A stretch of DNA of 64,000 nt from Eledone cirrhosa (taxonomy: Eukaryota): the NCBI GenBank assembly GCA_964016885.1, contig OZ024743.1, positions 201,004,001 to 201,068,000 on the forward strand. The letters are read 5' to 3'. Made by a program: the position numbers and the translations under genes. The notes beneath the pieces were generated by a model, which was not told the origin of the DNA, ran no database searches, and saw nothing but the letters and a program-made list of their open reading frames with translations. Positions 49,226 through 62,700 of this stretch are shown here, piece by piece; positions within the stretch are counted from its first letter, which is position 1, and each line of letters begins with the position of its first letter.

Positions 49226-50475
49226 TGGGAAATGGCCATGCTCAGTGTGTAGGAAAGGCGTAGGTAGAAACTCCATTTTATGTCCCAAATGCAAAGTATG
49301 GGTGCATAAAAGATGTAGTGGGATCACAGGTAAGCTAACTAAGAACACAGATTTTACATGTGGCCGGTGCTCTGGTGCAATAAGTAGCAGCAAGTGCCCA
49401 CAAAATACTAGCTCTTTCAACTGCGCAGAGGGTTCTATAGAAATAGTGGACAGCTTCCGTTACCTGGGTGACAAAATCAGCAGTGGGGGAGGGTGCTCCG
49501 AAAGTACAGTAGCTAGAGTCAGAACTGGATGGAAAAAGTTCAGAGAGCTTATACCACTATTAGCCGCTAAAGGGTTCTCCCTAAAAGTGAAAGGCAGGTT
49601 GTATGATGCCTGCATACGAACAGCAATGTTGCATGGCAGTGAGACCTGGGCATTGTGTGCAGAGGATATACGCAGACTAGAGAGGAACGAAGCTTGCATG
49701 CTCCACTGGATGTGTAATAGCAATATACGCGAACGGCAAAGCATAAACGAACTAAGGAAAAAATTAGAAATAAGAGGGATCAGATGTTGTTTACTCGAGA
49801 GAAGGCTACGTTGGTATGGTCACGTTATGCGCATGAAAGACGACAGCTGTATAACAAAGTGCAGGGCAATAAAGATAGATGGTAGCCACGGAGTAGGCAG
49901 ACCCAGAAAAACCTGGGACGAGCTGATAAATTCTGATCTCACACACTTACACCTCTCCAAGACAATGTCACTGGACCGAGAACTTTGGCGGTACTCAGTA
50001 ACAGAGAAGACACGCGTTACCTAAATACAAAGTAAAACCTACTACAGTCAGTAGGCATCTCTAACAAAATACACCCCCGTCACACCACCCCCACCCTATC
50101 CACACCGCCCCTTTCAATGTAAAATTATGTTGGTGCCACAAAATCTAGGCCGAAACAAATGAGATCGTGTAGGTGTCACGAAAAAAAACACACAGTCCAC
50201 GCTGTAATGTGACCGTGTAGGCAACACGGTAAAAACGTCCCAGTCCCACACTGTAAATGTGGTTGGTGTTAGGAAGGGCATCCAGCTGTAGAAAACCTGC
50301 CAGACAGTCCACGCTGTAATGTGGCCGTGTAGGCAAGACGGTAAAAACCTCCCAGCCCCACACTGTAAATGTGGGCAAGACAACCACTCTTGCCTCAAGT
50401 GGGAAAACTCCCGTCCAAACCCATGCAAGCATGGAACACGGACGTTAAACGATGATGATGATGATGATGATGATA
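49226..50475 (+). mobile_element. 5'-truncated RTE-clade LINE
   Basis: 259-aa ORF: PHD-like CRKGVG..CPKC..HKRC..CGRC, FRYLG, RRLRWYGH; 3'UTR + (GAT)n. Confidence 0.95.
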
Positions 50476-50478
50476 TAC

Positions 50479-50524
<46 letters not shown>

Positions 50525-50532
<8 letters not shown>

Positions 50533-50690
50533 TAAAATAACAGATAACAGATTAAAGTTTAAGCAAAGAATCGCTGCGTTCACCCTTAATGGGATCTTCT
50601 GAAACTCTAGGGTTCTTATATATTTGATATATATTTATCCTTATCGAGCCTTCTTTGGATATTAGTCTTCAAATTTATTATTACTATATA
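50525..50690. mobile_element. Short family-B PLE-like fragment (inverted arm + tail)
   Basis: Hammerhead-like 50556-50606 (-) joined directly to the family-B tail. Confidence 0.75.
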
Positions 50691-50838
50691 TATATAAATA
50701 TATATATAAATATATATATAAATATATATATATATACATATGTGTGTGTATATATATATATATGTGTGTGCGTATGTGCACATAGACAGAGTGAGAATGA
50801 GAGAGTGGGAGAGCGTGAGGAGAGAGTGAGAAGGAGAG

Positions 50839-50887
<49 letters not shown>

Positions 50888-51245
50888 AAAAATACAACAC
50901 TAGAAAGTATAATAATGATATAGGTTGTTTTTAGTTATGTTGATATGACTGCTTAACGGCAAGAGTTCGCGAGTGATGAAGCTATGTTTCTTACATTACA
51001 TTGAGGGTAGATCAAAACTGCATTAGACAGAGTATATTCTCCACCAAGAGATATAGAGTAGCAAAGAGGCAGAGTGGGGGATAGTAAAGAGTACATAACA
51101 GAGTATTTATAATGAAAGCCAAAAAAGTAGTTGAACTAAAATATATGAAGCAAAATATCTAATAAAATAAAAGTATATAGGGTATCCAATTTTACCAAAT
51201 ATTTCATGCATACATATGTATATGCATATGTATATGCATATGTAT

Positions 51246-51290
<45 letters not shown>

Positions 51291-51346
51291 TATACATATA
51301 TATATATATATATATGAGTATATGAATACATATATATATATGTATA

Positions 51347-51390
<44 letters not shown>

Positions 51391-51454
51391 CATATATATA
51401 TATATATACAGTATATATATATATAAATTCATATATATATCATCATCATTCATC

Positions 51455-51815
51455 ATCATCATTTTCTTTTACATCCGCTTTTCCCTGCTTGCAAGGGTGG
51501 GACGGGAACTGATTCTGGCTTGATTTCTACAGTTGGATGCCCTTCCTAACACCAACCTCATTTACAGTGTGGGCTGGGTGCTTTTTTGCCGTGGCACCTC
51601 CATGACCACTTTGCAGTGGAATGATAGGGACCCCAGTCCCTATCATCTCATTTCTACAGCTGAGTAAACTGGAGCAATGTGAAATAAAGTGTCTTGCTCA
51701 AGGAAACAACACATCACCAAGTCTGAGAATTGAACTCACAACCTTTCGATTGCAAGGCCACTAAGCCATGTGCCTCCATATATATATATATGATAGAGAC
51801 AATGCATATGTTTGT

Positions 51816-51883
<68 letters not shown>

Positions 51884-52250
51884 CTGTGTGCATGTGTGTA
51901 TGTATCATCATCATTCATCATTTCATTTTACGTCCTATTTTCCTTGCTTGCAAGGGTGGGACGGGAACTGATTCTGGCTTGATTTCTACAGCTGGATGCC
52001 CTTCCTAACACCAACCTCATTTACAGTGAGTGCTGGGTGCTTTTTTGCCGTGGCACCTCACCGACCACTTTGCAGTGGAATGATTTGGACCCCAGTCCCT
52101 ATCATCTCATTTCTACAGCTGAGTAAACTGGAGTAATGTGAAATAAAGTCTCTTGCTCAAGGAAACAACACATCACCCGGTCTGAGAATTGAACTCACAC
52201 CCTTTCGATTGCAAGGCCAATGCTCTAACCACTAAGCTATGTGCCTCCAT
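51455..52250 (-). mobile_element. Two S1 SINEs
   Basis: 51455-51778 and 51905-52250, homologous to 42622-42955. Confidence 0.88.
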
Positions 52251-52473
52251 TATATATATATCTGTATATGCATCATGATGCATAGATGAGCTGACAGAAA
52301 AAAAGAAAAAACTGAACATAAGAACAATTAGATGCTGCATACAGGAGAGAGGATTGCACTGGTACAGACAGGTAATGCATTTTATCATATCATTGCCAGT
52401 ACCACCTCATGTGTGTGTTCATGTCTGTGCACATGCATTTATATAAATATATATATATAAGTATATTTGTATA

Positions 52474-52509
<36 letters not shown>

Positions 52510-52516
<7 letters not shown>

Positions 52517-53185
52517 TAAAATAACAGATTAAAGTTTAAGCAAAGAATCGCTGCTTTCACCCTTAACGGGATCTTCTGAAACTAACAAAGTCAATCTGTA
52601 AACGCAGAAGTGAATATTTAAAAAACGTTGCAACCGGAGGAAGACAGGAAGACGATACTTGCTCTACGGTTCTTATATATTTGATATATATCTATCTATC
52701 TAAGGCGGGTAAAATTCCCGAGATCCATGGACGAGTTCTCTCCAGCGGTCTCTGTCCCTCATTATCGCTGCCATGTCCTGCGTCTCCAACAGACCAGTGT
52801 CTGTCCTTAGGGCATCAACATACGTTAACCTTGGTCTTCCTCTTCCAGTGTGTCCATGTAGGGGCTCCCACAGGAGCACTGAGTGCAATGTCAAAGAGCA
52901 AAGCCTGGGCGGCGTGCCACAGCTTGAGATCGGTGTGGAAGTCGGACCTTCATAAAGACCTGAAAATCCGCCTCTTCATTGCTGTAGTGGAGTCTGTGCT
53001 GCTGTATGGGTCTAAGACTTGGACACTGACCAAGAAACTCACTCAGATGGTGGATGGGTGCTACACGAGAATGCTGAGGATGGCTCTGAACATGCTCACC
53101 GACATCCAGAGTTGATATATATATTTGATATATATTTATCCTTATCGAGCCCTCTTTGGATTTTAGTCTTCAAATTTATTATTAT

Positions 53186-53190
<5 letters not shown>
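52510..53190. mobile_element. Family-B fragment interrupted by a 5'-inverted RTE-like LINE insertion
   Basis: Hammerhead-like 52533-52583 (-); LINE 52692-53117 flanked by the 18-bp TSD tatatatttgatatatat. Confidence 0.85.
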
Positions 53191-53228
<38 letters not shown>

Positions 53229-53268
53229 AGAAAAAGGAGAATCAGTGTTGCGATATATTACAGTGTTG

Positions 53269-53364
53269 GACATATTACAATCGTTTCTCTGGCGACCAGC
53301 TCGAGGCACGATCGATGTGATGATCGTACCTAACTCTGAAAATTGCAAGGTCCTCAGATACGTC
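53269..53364 (-). ncRNA. Type I hammerhead ribozyme with long stem II (family G), partly decayed
   Basis: GACGTAT CTGAGGA CCTTGC..AGGTACGATC atcacatc GATCGTGCCT..GCCAGA GAAA CGATTG TA|ATATGTC. Confidence 0.7.
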
Positions 53365-53414
53365 TTGATTCTATGAAGCAGATTTTCCTATTATATATAT
53401 ATATATATATATAC

Positions 53415-53864
53415 AGATAAATCTACCACTCAACGGTAGGGTCTAAACCATATAAAGAACTCAATGTAATCCGTATGTAGATGTCGTGAAGCAAAGTTTA
53501 AAATACAAAATTTTTTTTATCAACGATAAAATTCAATTGGATACAGAGTCAAAATAGAAATATTAAAACAATGAAATTAAACACAAAACTGTTAATTCAT
53601 AGTAAAACACATTATTTTACGATCGTTTCTGGGGGGTAGTCGTCTGCATGTTCATTTAATTATTGATCTATGTAAAACATATTACAAAATATCATAGTGA
53701 GAAAAGAATACATACGTCTTCACTACTCGCCGCATATTTTTGTAATATGTTTTACATAGATCAATAATTAAATGAACATGCAGGCGACTACCACCCAGAA
53801 ACGATCGTAAAATAATGTGTTTTACTATGAATTAACAGTTTTGTGTTTAATTTCATTGTTTTAA

Positions 53865-53869
<5 letters not shown>
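53415..53869. mobile_element. Fold-back element in (TA)n
   Basis: Arms 53558-53692 / 53734-53869; each carries GAAA CGATCG TA facing outward. Confidence 0.8.
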
Positions 53870-53930
<61 letters not shown>

Positions 53931-53940
53931 TGAGTATTTG

Positions 53941-53986
<46 letters not shown>

Positions 53987-54551
53987 TATGCATATAAACA
54001 AGCTTAAATTTTCATTGTGCTGAGGGACTATGAGGCTAACAGAAAATATAGGAAAACTCAGATGCAGAAAAACAACTGTAAATACAGTTAGTTACTATAA
54101 GTAGCTTAGAAAATCAGGTAAAGACTCTTTACAGATGGAAAAAGTGACTAGTGATCACTATGAAGAATCAAACCTCATATTTTTCAGATACCAGCTGACT
54201 GTTCTAACCACCTAGCTAAACACACTCCCTACAACAATCTGCCTCTAAATTAGGAAATTATATCACACAGTCCCTCAATGCTTCAAAAGTTCAAAATTTT
54301 CATATAATGTTGTTTACATTCAAAGAAAACTGTTTGATTTAGATTCTTAATTTAGACACCGATTGTTTGGCTCTGTTGTTAGAGCACTTCGCTGGTAACT
54401 TAAAGATATCATGTCTAATTCCTCATAGTTACTGCTGACTACATTTTCTTGTCCATAAGGGGTCTTTATTAAATTTTCTAAGCAGATTATAGCAACCAAC
54501 TGTGTTTACAGTTGTATTCTATGTCTTAGTTTCCTACAATATCTGTGAGCC

Positions 54552-54644
<93 letters not shown>

Positions 54645-54648
<4 letters not shown>

Positions 54649-55437
54649 ATACTTTGGGAGGGTCATGTTGCCAATAAGAAACACATGCACCAGTTGCTTT
54701 CACTTCAATTTATTATAAATTAAATTTATAAATTTAGGAATTTATAAATTTCCGGTTGGTTGGTTGGTTCCACAACCAGACGATTGTTCATATATTGTCA
54801 AAGTTCTTTCGTCACACATTCTGTGACCTCTTCAGTGACTGGGGATTCTTTTCTTTGTTTTTGTGCCTCTCCTTTGTTCTGTCCTACACCATCTTGTTTT
54901 TGTGTCTAAGTTAACCAATGGTTGAAAAGACTGGATGATCATAATTGTAATGCCTTTGATCATATGTTTGATCAATCAGGGCTGAACTATAATTAAACAA
55001 CAACAACTCTCATGATTTTAGGGAAGTGACTGGGGATTCTTTTCTTTGTTTTTGTGCCTCTCCTTTGTTCTGTCCTACGCCATCTTGTTTTTGTATCTAA
55101 GTTAACCAATGCTTGAAAAAGATGGATGATCATAATTGTAAAACAAGATGGCATAGGACAGAACAAAGGAGAGGCACAAAAACAAAGAAAAGAATCCCCA
55201 GTCACTGAAGAGGTCACAGAATGTGTGACGAAAGAACCTTGACAATATATGAACAATCGTCTGGTTGTGGAACCAACCAACCAACCGGAAATTTATAAAT
55301 TCCTAAATTTATAAATTTAATTTATAATAAATTGAAGTGAAAGCAACTGGTGCATGTGTTTCTTATTGGCAACATGACCCTCCCAAAGTATAACAATATC
55401 TGTTTCAACACACGTTTTCAGATAAAGAATCTTGCTA

Positions 55438-55445
<8 letters not shown>
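54645..55445. mobile_element. Family-A pLTR fold-back with captured host DNA
   Basis: Arms 54645-54900 / 55140-55400; hammerheads at 54797-54839 (-, CUU site) and 55201-55243 (+, U16.1>C); the spacer copies 56078-56203. Confidence 0.88.
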
Positions 55446-55488
<43 letters not shown>

Positions 55489-55489
55489 A

Positions 55490-55517
55490 CTAGCAGTGTA
55501 TCCCGGCGTTGCATGGG
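55490..55517 (-). mobile_element. Helitron-like 3' terminus
   Basis: Minus strand cccatgcaacgccggg hairpin, 8 nt, then CTAG-T. Confidence 0.5.
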
Positions 55518-55620
55518 TAATAATATATATAGATATATATATCATCATCCTAAGTGTGATCCTAGTAAGTCTTTGTATTTTTGCATCCCTGTGTTTGTTT
55601 TGTTTTATTTGTTCATATAT

Positions 55621-55692
<72 letters not shown>

Positions 55693-55738
55693 GAAGAGGG
55701 AGGGGGGGAGAGAGAGATTTATATATACATTCATACAA

Positions 55739-55780
<42 letters not shown>

Positions 55781-55822
55781 GTATGCATTCAAACAAGAGA
55801 AGTACATACATAATGATTTCCC

Positions 55823-55853
<31 letters not shown>

Positions 55854-56329
55854 ACCACTATCACTCACACATACACACACGAAATGTAAATATATGCTGG
55901 CTAATGAGTATCTTGAATAGTATGTTCTCATTAGCAGGACCATACCACTAACCCAATATTTGGTTATAAAAACACAGTTGATGTGGTTATGTCATTATTG
56001 CATTAATTACAAAGCCAACTGTTTCAAAACATTTTATTCGGTCAAGAACCAGTTCAAGGTTACATATAGTTAATCATCTTCCCTAAAATCATGAGAGTTG
56101 TTGTTGTTTAACTATAGTTCAGCCCTGATTGATCAAACATATGATCAAAGGCATTACAATTATGATCATCCAGTTTTTTCAACCATTGGTTAACTTAGAT
56201 ACATTATACAATGTGTTCTTTTCGTTGAGAAAGTAGATTAGAGGTTGTAAGATCATTTTGCTGCTATTTCTAGCGACTCAGTATTATCCTAAAGGTTCTC
56301 TCATTCAGGTGCGCGTTGGTTGAGTGTGA

Positions 56330-57000
56330 TGGCAGAGTGTGTTTCTGGAGTGTGTTAATGGAGTGTGATAGACGTGTTTGATGGTGGAGTGTGTTTCTGG
56401 AGTGTGATGGTGGAGTGTGTTTCTGGAGTGTGATGGTGGAGTGTGTTTGTAGAGTGGGATGGTGGAGTGTGTTTGTAGAGTGGGATGGTGGAGTGTGTTT
56501 GTAGAGTGGGATGGTGGAGTGAGTTTGTAGAGTGGGATGGTGGAGTGTGTTTGTAGACAGGGATGGTGGAGTGTGTTTGTAGAGTGGGATGGTGGAGTGT
56601 GTTTGTAGAGTTTGATGGTGGAGTGTGTTTGTAGAGTGGGATGGTGGAGTGTGTTTGTAGAGTGGGATGGTGGAGTGTGTTTGTAGACTGGGATGGTGGA
56701 GTGAGTTTTGTAGAGTATGTTAATGGAGTGTTTGTAAAGTTTGTTGATGGAATGTACTGGGAGAGTGTGATGGTAGAGAGTGTTTGTAGAGTTTGATGGT
56801 AGAGAGTGTTTGTAGAGTTTGATGGTAGAATGTTTGCAAATTTTGATGTTAGAGAATGTTTGTAGAGTTTGATGGTAGAATGTTTGTAGAGTTTGATGGT
56901 AGAATGTTTGTAGAGTTTGATGGTAGAGAGTGTTTGTAGAGTTTGATGGTAGAGAGTGTTTGTAGAGTTTGATGGTAGAATGTTTGCAGATTTTGATGTT
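56330..57000. repeat. 26/24-bp minisatellite
   Basis: tgggatggtggagtgtgtttgtagag, shifting to tttgatggtagaatgtttgtagag. Confidence 0.9.
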
Positions 57001-57898
57001 AGTGTATGCTGGGGGGGGGGGTGTGATAGTGGAGTGTGATAATGGGCTGATGATGAATTGTAATAATGGTCCTTCTGTAACAATCCATACAGAATCCTGA
57101 GTAGTATTTTTTCATAAAGAGATTCTCTTGCTGGTTTTACCCTCTCTGATTGTTATCATCTCATGTTGTCTTCTCCCCACCTTCCTATATCCAGTCTCAC
57201 CCCCACCAGTGATGCTTCTGAATATTTATTACTGACCAATGTGAATGTTTATTTCTGCAATCATTTTTGCACTGACCAAACTAAATATACTATTCAGCAG
57301 TCCTTTTATACTGACCAATGCATACATCCACCTCATCTCTCTCACATTCCCTATCATCCCTCATTTTCTTATTCCATCTTTCTCTCCCTTTTCCTTTCCT
57401 CCCCTCTCTCTTCCCCCCCTCCCCTCTCTCTCTCTCTTTGCAGAATTACATTACATTTATTAATAAAAATATTACTTCTTTAATAACAGTTCCACATTTA
57501 GTGATAGAGACATCAGCTCTGTAATCATTTTCCAATGACCAACAGAACATTGTCTTTCTCAGCTATTTTCTTCATGATAACTCATTAAATTTTTGCCAAT
57601 TCTCCACAAATTCCAAGAGAAAAAATAATGGGAATAAAAGGAGGGAAAAAAGTAATAAAAAATATGATAAAAATATTCCAATTGAGAGCTTTAGTATGAC
57701 AAAAGTTCTTCCATAAATATTGATTGGTGACTAACTGTTGTTTCTTTAACAATGGATGTCAAGAACCTTTTCAACCAAAATAATCATCTCTATTCCTTCA
57801 TCAACTGCTCTCTAACCATCTTCCTCTTTCTCACAAAGCAGAATAATGGTCTCAGTTGGAACAACCCACGAACACACCCACACATAAATATGCATACT

Positions 57899-57947
<49 letters not shown>

Positions 57948-58239
57948 ACACACCCACATACACACACACACACACACACATATGCATACTCACACCCACA
58001 CATAAATATGCATACTCACACATACAGACACACACTATGTCTTATCATCATCATCCAGTTGGAACAACCCCAAACACACTTACACATAAATATACATACT
58101 CACACACATATATACACTCACACACACATTGTTTCAATATTTCGAAAACCAGATTAATGGTATCAGCAGGAATTACTTCCCTTATTTCCACCTCTCCAAC
58201 ATATCTCAAAAACCAGAATAACAATTTCTTGTCCAATAC

Positions 58240-58357
58240 TCTCCCAGCCTGTAGCCTCCATTCCCTATATTTGATTCCTCTCCCAGCCTCTGGCCTCCAT
58301 CCCCTATATTTGATTCCTCTCCCAGCCTCTGGTCTCCATCACCTATATTTGATTCCA
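58240..58357. repeat. 39-bp tandem repeat x3
   Basis: ctcccagcctctggcctccatcccctatatttgattcct. Confidence 0.85.
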
Positions 58358-59183
58358 AAAGAACAATACCTTATTGTCAACAATTGACTTTTTTTTTCGT
58401 TTGTTATTAATGCTTGATATCTTCTATTTAAAATGAAAACAAAAATATATAGTTTTAGCTGTTATTGCTATGAGTGGCTATAAATATTTTTATGCAACAT
58501 ATCACCATGTATATGAATTAGTCAAGTTATTACAACATTGGATGAAATGCTTCTTGGTATTCATTCTGTTTCTCTGCAATCTGAGTTCAAACTCCACCAA
58601 GGTTAAAGGTCAACTTTGCCTTTCATCCTCATGAAGTCGATAAACAAAGAAGCAGCCCATTACTGGGGATGAATTCATCCTCTGTGTATTTTTATCATCC
58701 CCTACTCTCTCTCTCTTTCTCTGCAAGAAATTGGCTGTGTTCAGACATGGAGAGCTATGAGCTAGACTCCTTCAGAGTTAAATTAGCCAAACAATTAGTC
58801 TACCACAGAGACGTAAGTAGGGTACAGAAAGCATGGCATATACTAGGAGCATCACTTAAGGGGAGGGGGCAATGCCATTTGGACTAGGGGCACTTTTTAT
58901 TAATGTCAGATAAACTATTGACAGAGAGTGAAGAAAAACTTTTTCAGATGTATGATCTGTCTTTGATTATCATGGGTGAGAAACACTATGGTGGCTGGAT
59001 CATTAAACCATTTATATAAATTATTAGGCCAATAGGTAAAAATAAAGTGTTGGGAATTACACGACAACATAGGCATACCTCATAACATGACTTGTCAAAT
59101 ATCTTTATAGGGTCTAATTTTTAGGTATACTTAAACATAAGGGATACTGGTTGAACAAATGAAAATGCAGTTTAATACCCTAA

Positions 59184-59405
59184 CCCTTCAGCATTTAAAC
59201 TAGCTGTATCCGGCCAGAATTCTCTCACCTCTTTCTGTTCAAACTGGCTGTAACTGGCCGCTCATACTTATGTTAAGGTATTGTTCTCAAAATAAATAAT
59301 GTATATAATCTCATAGATTCAATATTATGTGAGATAATTATGTGAGGTAAATCCTTTACTGCAAAAATACAATAGTAAATATAGGGTAATGCAAATGCCA
59401 AAGGG
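59184..59405. mobile_element. piggyBac-like MITE
   Basis: Homolog of 35634-36027; CCC..GGG-TTAA termini. Confidence 0.75.
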
Positions 59406-60226
59406 TTAAACCCTCATTTATTGAAACTGTGCTGTCAATCCTATGGTTTAACAATTAATATGTAGCTTGCCACATGCAGCCCTTTAAGACCAAAGGATGC
59501 TGGCCCATGAGTTTTTACTGTAGCCATTTTGGTGCCAAATGTTGTGCTGTGATGTCAACTCCTTGATGGATGACATTTATGTAATTACATTCCTAGTACA
59601 TGGTGTACTTCTGAATGTAGAAAGATAAGAAACTGGAAAAACTAACTTTGACCACATTATAGACAAGGAAAATGCAGTTGTAATTTCTATGTATTGTTTT
59701 CAATTGAAAAATAAATGAATGTGATTGGTATTTTTGAACTGATTGTATGGTTATCTGAAAGACAGGTATCATATGTTTGGGCATACTATAAAACCAAAAC
59801 CTTCTGTTACCATATTCCTAAGACAATGCTGTTAATTTTCAAATAAATTTGAAAATAATCAAGATTTGAAAGGATTTAAGAATAAAACTAACTTTTTCAT
59901 TATTTATTTTGTTCTGAGTTCAAATCTCACCGAGGTTAGCTTTGCCTTTCATACTTAATGGGTCGATAAAATAAAGTACCAGTAACACACTGGGTTGTTT
60001 TTACCAACTTTTCCCTTCCCCAAAAATTGTTGGCCTTATTTATCTCGTGTTTAGAATATAATGAAAGTTCTCACATGTGACATCATGGAAAATTTAAAAA
60101 TAAATATAAGCACTTAGAAATAAACAGTTTGTAGTATTGTAAGACCAATGGTGGTTTAAGGTGATTTGATATGAAGGGGATTAATGAGGGGGAATTGGTA
60201 TACAATGTTTCTGTTGTTGTTTAGAA

Positions 60227-60450
60227 AAATACAGTGACTCATTGATTGTGAAAGGTGTAACATATGGGAAAACTAAAGGAAAAGGTTGATGTGAAAATAT
60301 TATTGTAAGGTATTCGATACAAAAGCATCTGGAGTACATCAAAGAACATGGTGGGCTTTTTAATTTATTTGCAGCTGAGATTTCAAACAAAGGTGCAACA
60401 AACTATTTCCCAATAGTTCTGAGATACTTTCAGTTTGAGAAGTGAGTGTA
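60227..60450 (+). pseudogene. hAT-like transposase fragment
   Basis: YSDSLIVKGVTYGKTK..*CENII..FNLFAAEISNKGATNYFPIVLRYF resembles the region around the first catalytic Asp of hAT transposases; contains stops. Confidence 0.5.
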
Positions 60451-60491
60451 ACATGTGTTACTTAACTTTTATAACAATAACAATGAATATT

Positions 60492-61870
60492 AAAAGGCCT
60501 TAAAATTAACCTGGCTAAGACTAAAGTTCTAGTTTGTAGGAAATAAAATAAGGCGGCGGTCCCATCTGGGAAATGGCCATGCTCAGTGTGTAGGAAAGGC
60601 GTAGGTAGAAACTCCCTTTTATGTCCCAAATGCAAAGTATGGGTGCATAAAAGATGTAGTGGGATCACAGGTAAGCTAACTAAGAACATAGATTTTACAT
60701 GTGGCCGGTGCTCTGGTGCAATAAGTAGCAGCAAGTGCCCACAAAATACTAGCTCCTTCAACTGCGCAGAGGGTTCTATAGAAATAGTGGACAGCTTCCG
60801 TTATCTGGGTGACAAAATCAGCAGTGGGGGAGGGTGCTCTGAAAGTACAGTAGCTAGAGTCAGAACTGGATGGAAAAAGTTCAGAGAGCTTATACCACTA
60901 TTAGCCGCTAGAGGGTTCTCCCTAAAAATGAAAGGCAGGTTATACGATGCCTGCATACGAACAGCAATGCTGCATGGCAGTGAGACCTGGGCATTGTGTG
61001 CAGAGGATATATGCAGACTAGAGAGGAACGAAGCTTGCATGCTCCGCTGGATGTGCAATAGTAATATACGTGAACGGCAAAGCATAAACGAACTAAGGAA
61101 AAAATTAGAAATAAGAGGGATCAGATGTTGTTTACTCGAGAGAAGGCTACGTTGGTACGGTCACGTGATGCGCATGAAAGATGACAGCTGTATAACAAAG
61201 TGCAGGGCAATAAAGATAGACGGTAGCCACGGAGTAGGCAGACCCAGAAAAACATGGGACGAGCTGATAAATTCCGACCTCACACGCTTACACCTCTCCA
61301 AGACAATGTCACTGGACCGAGACCTTTGGCGGTACTCAGTAATAGAGAAGACCCGCCTTACCTAAATACAAAGTAAAAACCTACTACAGTCAGTAGGCAT
61401 CTCTATCAAAACACACCCCCGTCCCACCACCTCCACCCCACCCACACCGCCCCTTTCAATGTAAAGTTATGTTGGTCCCACAACATCCAGGCCGAAACAA
61501 ATGAGATCGTGTAGGTGTCACGACAAAAAACACACAGTCCACGCTGTAAATGTGGCCGTGTAGGCAACACGGTAAAAACCTCCCAGTCCCACACTGTAAA
61601 TGTGGTTGGTGTTAGGAAGGGCATCCAGCTGTAGAAAACCCGCCAGACAGTCCACGCTGTAATGTGGCCGTGTAGGCAACACGGTAAAAACCTCCCAGCC
61701 CCACACTGTAAATGTGGTTGGTGTTAGGAAGGGCATCCAACTGTAGAAAACCCGCCAGACAGTCCTATGCGAGCAAGACAACCACTCTTGCCTCAAGTGG
61801 GAAAACCCCCGTCCAAACCCATGCAAGCGTGGAACACGGACGCTAAACCTGATGATGATGATGATGATTA
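60492..61870 (+). mobile_element. 5'-truncated RTE-clade LINE
   Basis: 259-aa ORF nearly identical to 49245-50024; duplicated 3'UTR module; (GAT)n tail. Confidence 0.95.
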
Positions 61871-62454
61871 AAGAGAAGAACAATACTATATTATACGAAA
61901 AGAAAACAAAAGAATAAACCTGAGAGTTATCTTTTCTGCTTTAAGTAATAAATCCAAATTCTTTTGCCCATTCATGGTTAAATGCAGTAAGTCCTTTTTT
62001 TCAGTGTTTTTTACAGATACAATAACAAAACCAAAACAACCAAAAAACCCCCAAAATATCAAAATCAGCCACACTTTATCTTGGACAGACTTCTTTCTAA
62101 TGTGTGTTGACAAAATTGACATGTAAATTGCAGATAGACAGCAAGTTGCCAGTTAAAAATATATATTAAAAAAAAACTCTGTAAAACGTGCTCTCACATT
62201 TTAACTTAATGGTTATAAAAATATGTTTTTTTAAATGTTATTACTCTTTTATTTTCTATTCATTTTTTTTTATTGGCTGCAGTCATTAAACTGCAGCCAT
62301 GCTGGGTGGGGCAGCACCCTAAAGGGATTTTATTCGATCCTATCGACCCTAGTATTTATTTTATCAAGTCTGGTACTTATTTTATTGATCACATTTTTTT
62401 TGTCAAAATATTAAATTACAGAAAACAGACACAGACTTAAATGGAAAAACACAG

Positions 62455-62700
62455 AGAGAGATGGTGACATGGTCTAAAGACAAAAATAGATTGTGACATT
62501 GTCTAATGACAGAGATAGACTGTGACATGGTCTAAAGACAAAGATAGACTGTAACATGGTCAAAAGGCAGAGAGAGACAGTGACATGGTCTAAAGACAGA
62601 GATAGACTGTGACATGGTCTAAAGGCAGAGATAGTCTGTCACATGGTTGAAAGACAGAGAGAGACTGCGACATGATTTAAAGACGGAGATAGACTGTCAT
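62455..62700. repeat. 29-bp minisatellite (~8 units)
   Basis: tgtgacatggtctaaagacagagatagac. Confidence 0.9.

Noticed and set aside
53775-53815. Complete hammerhead in the 53.5-53.9 kb fold-back
   Set aside because: Only GAAA-CGATCG-TA is convincing; no pairing stem I/II around CAGACGA.
56355-57083. 242-aa His/Thr/Pro repeat ORF
   Set aside because: 26-bp minisatellite read through rotating frames; no evidence of coding constraint.
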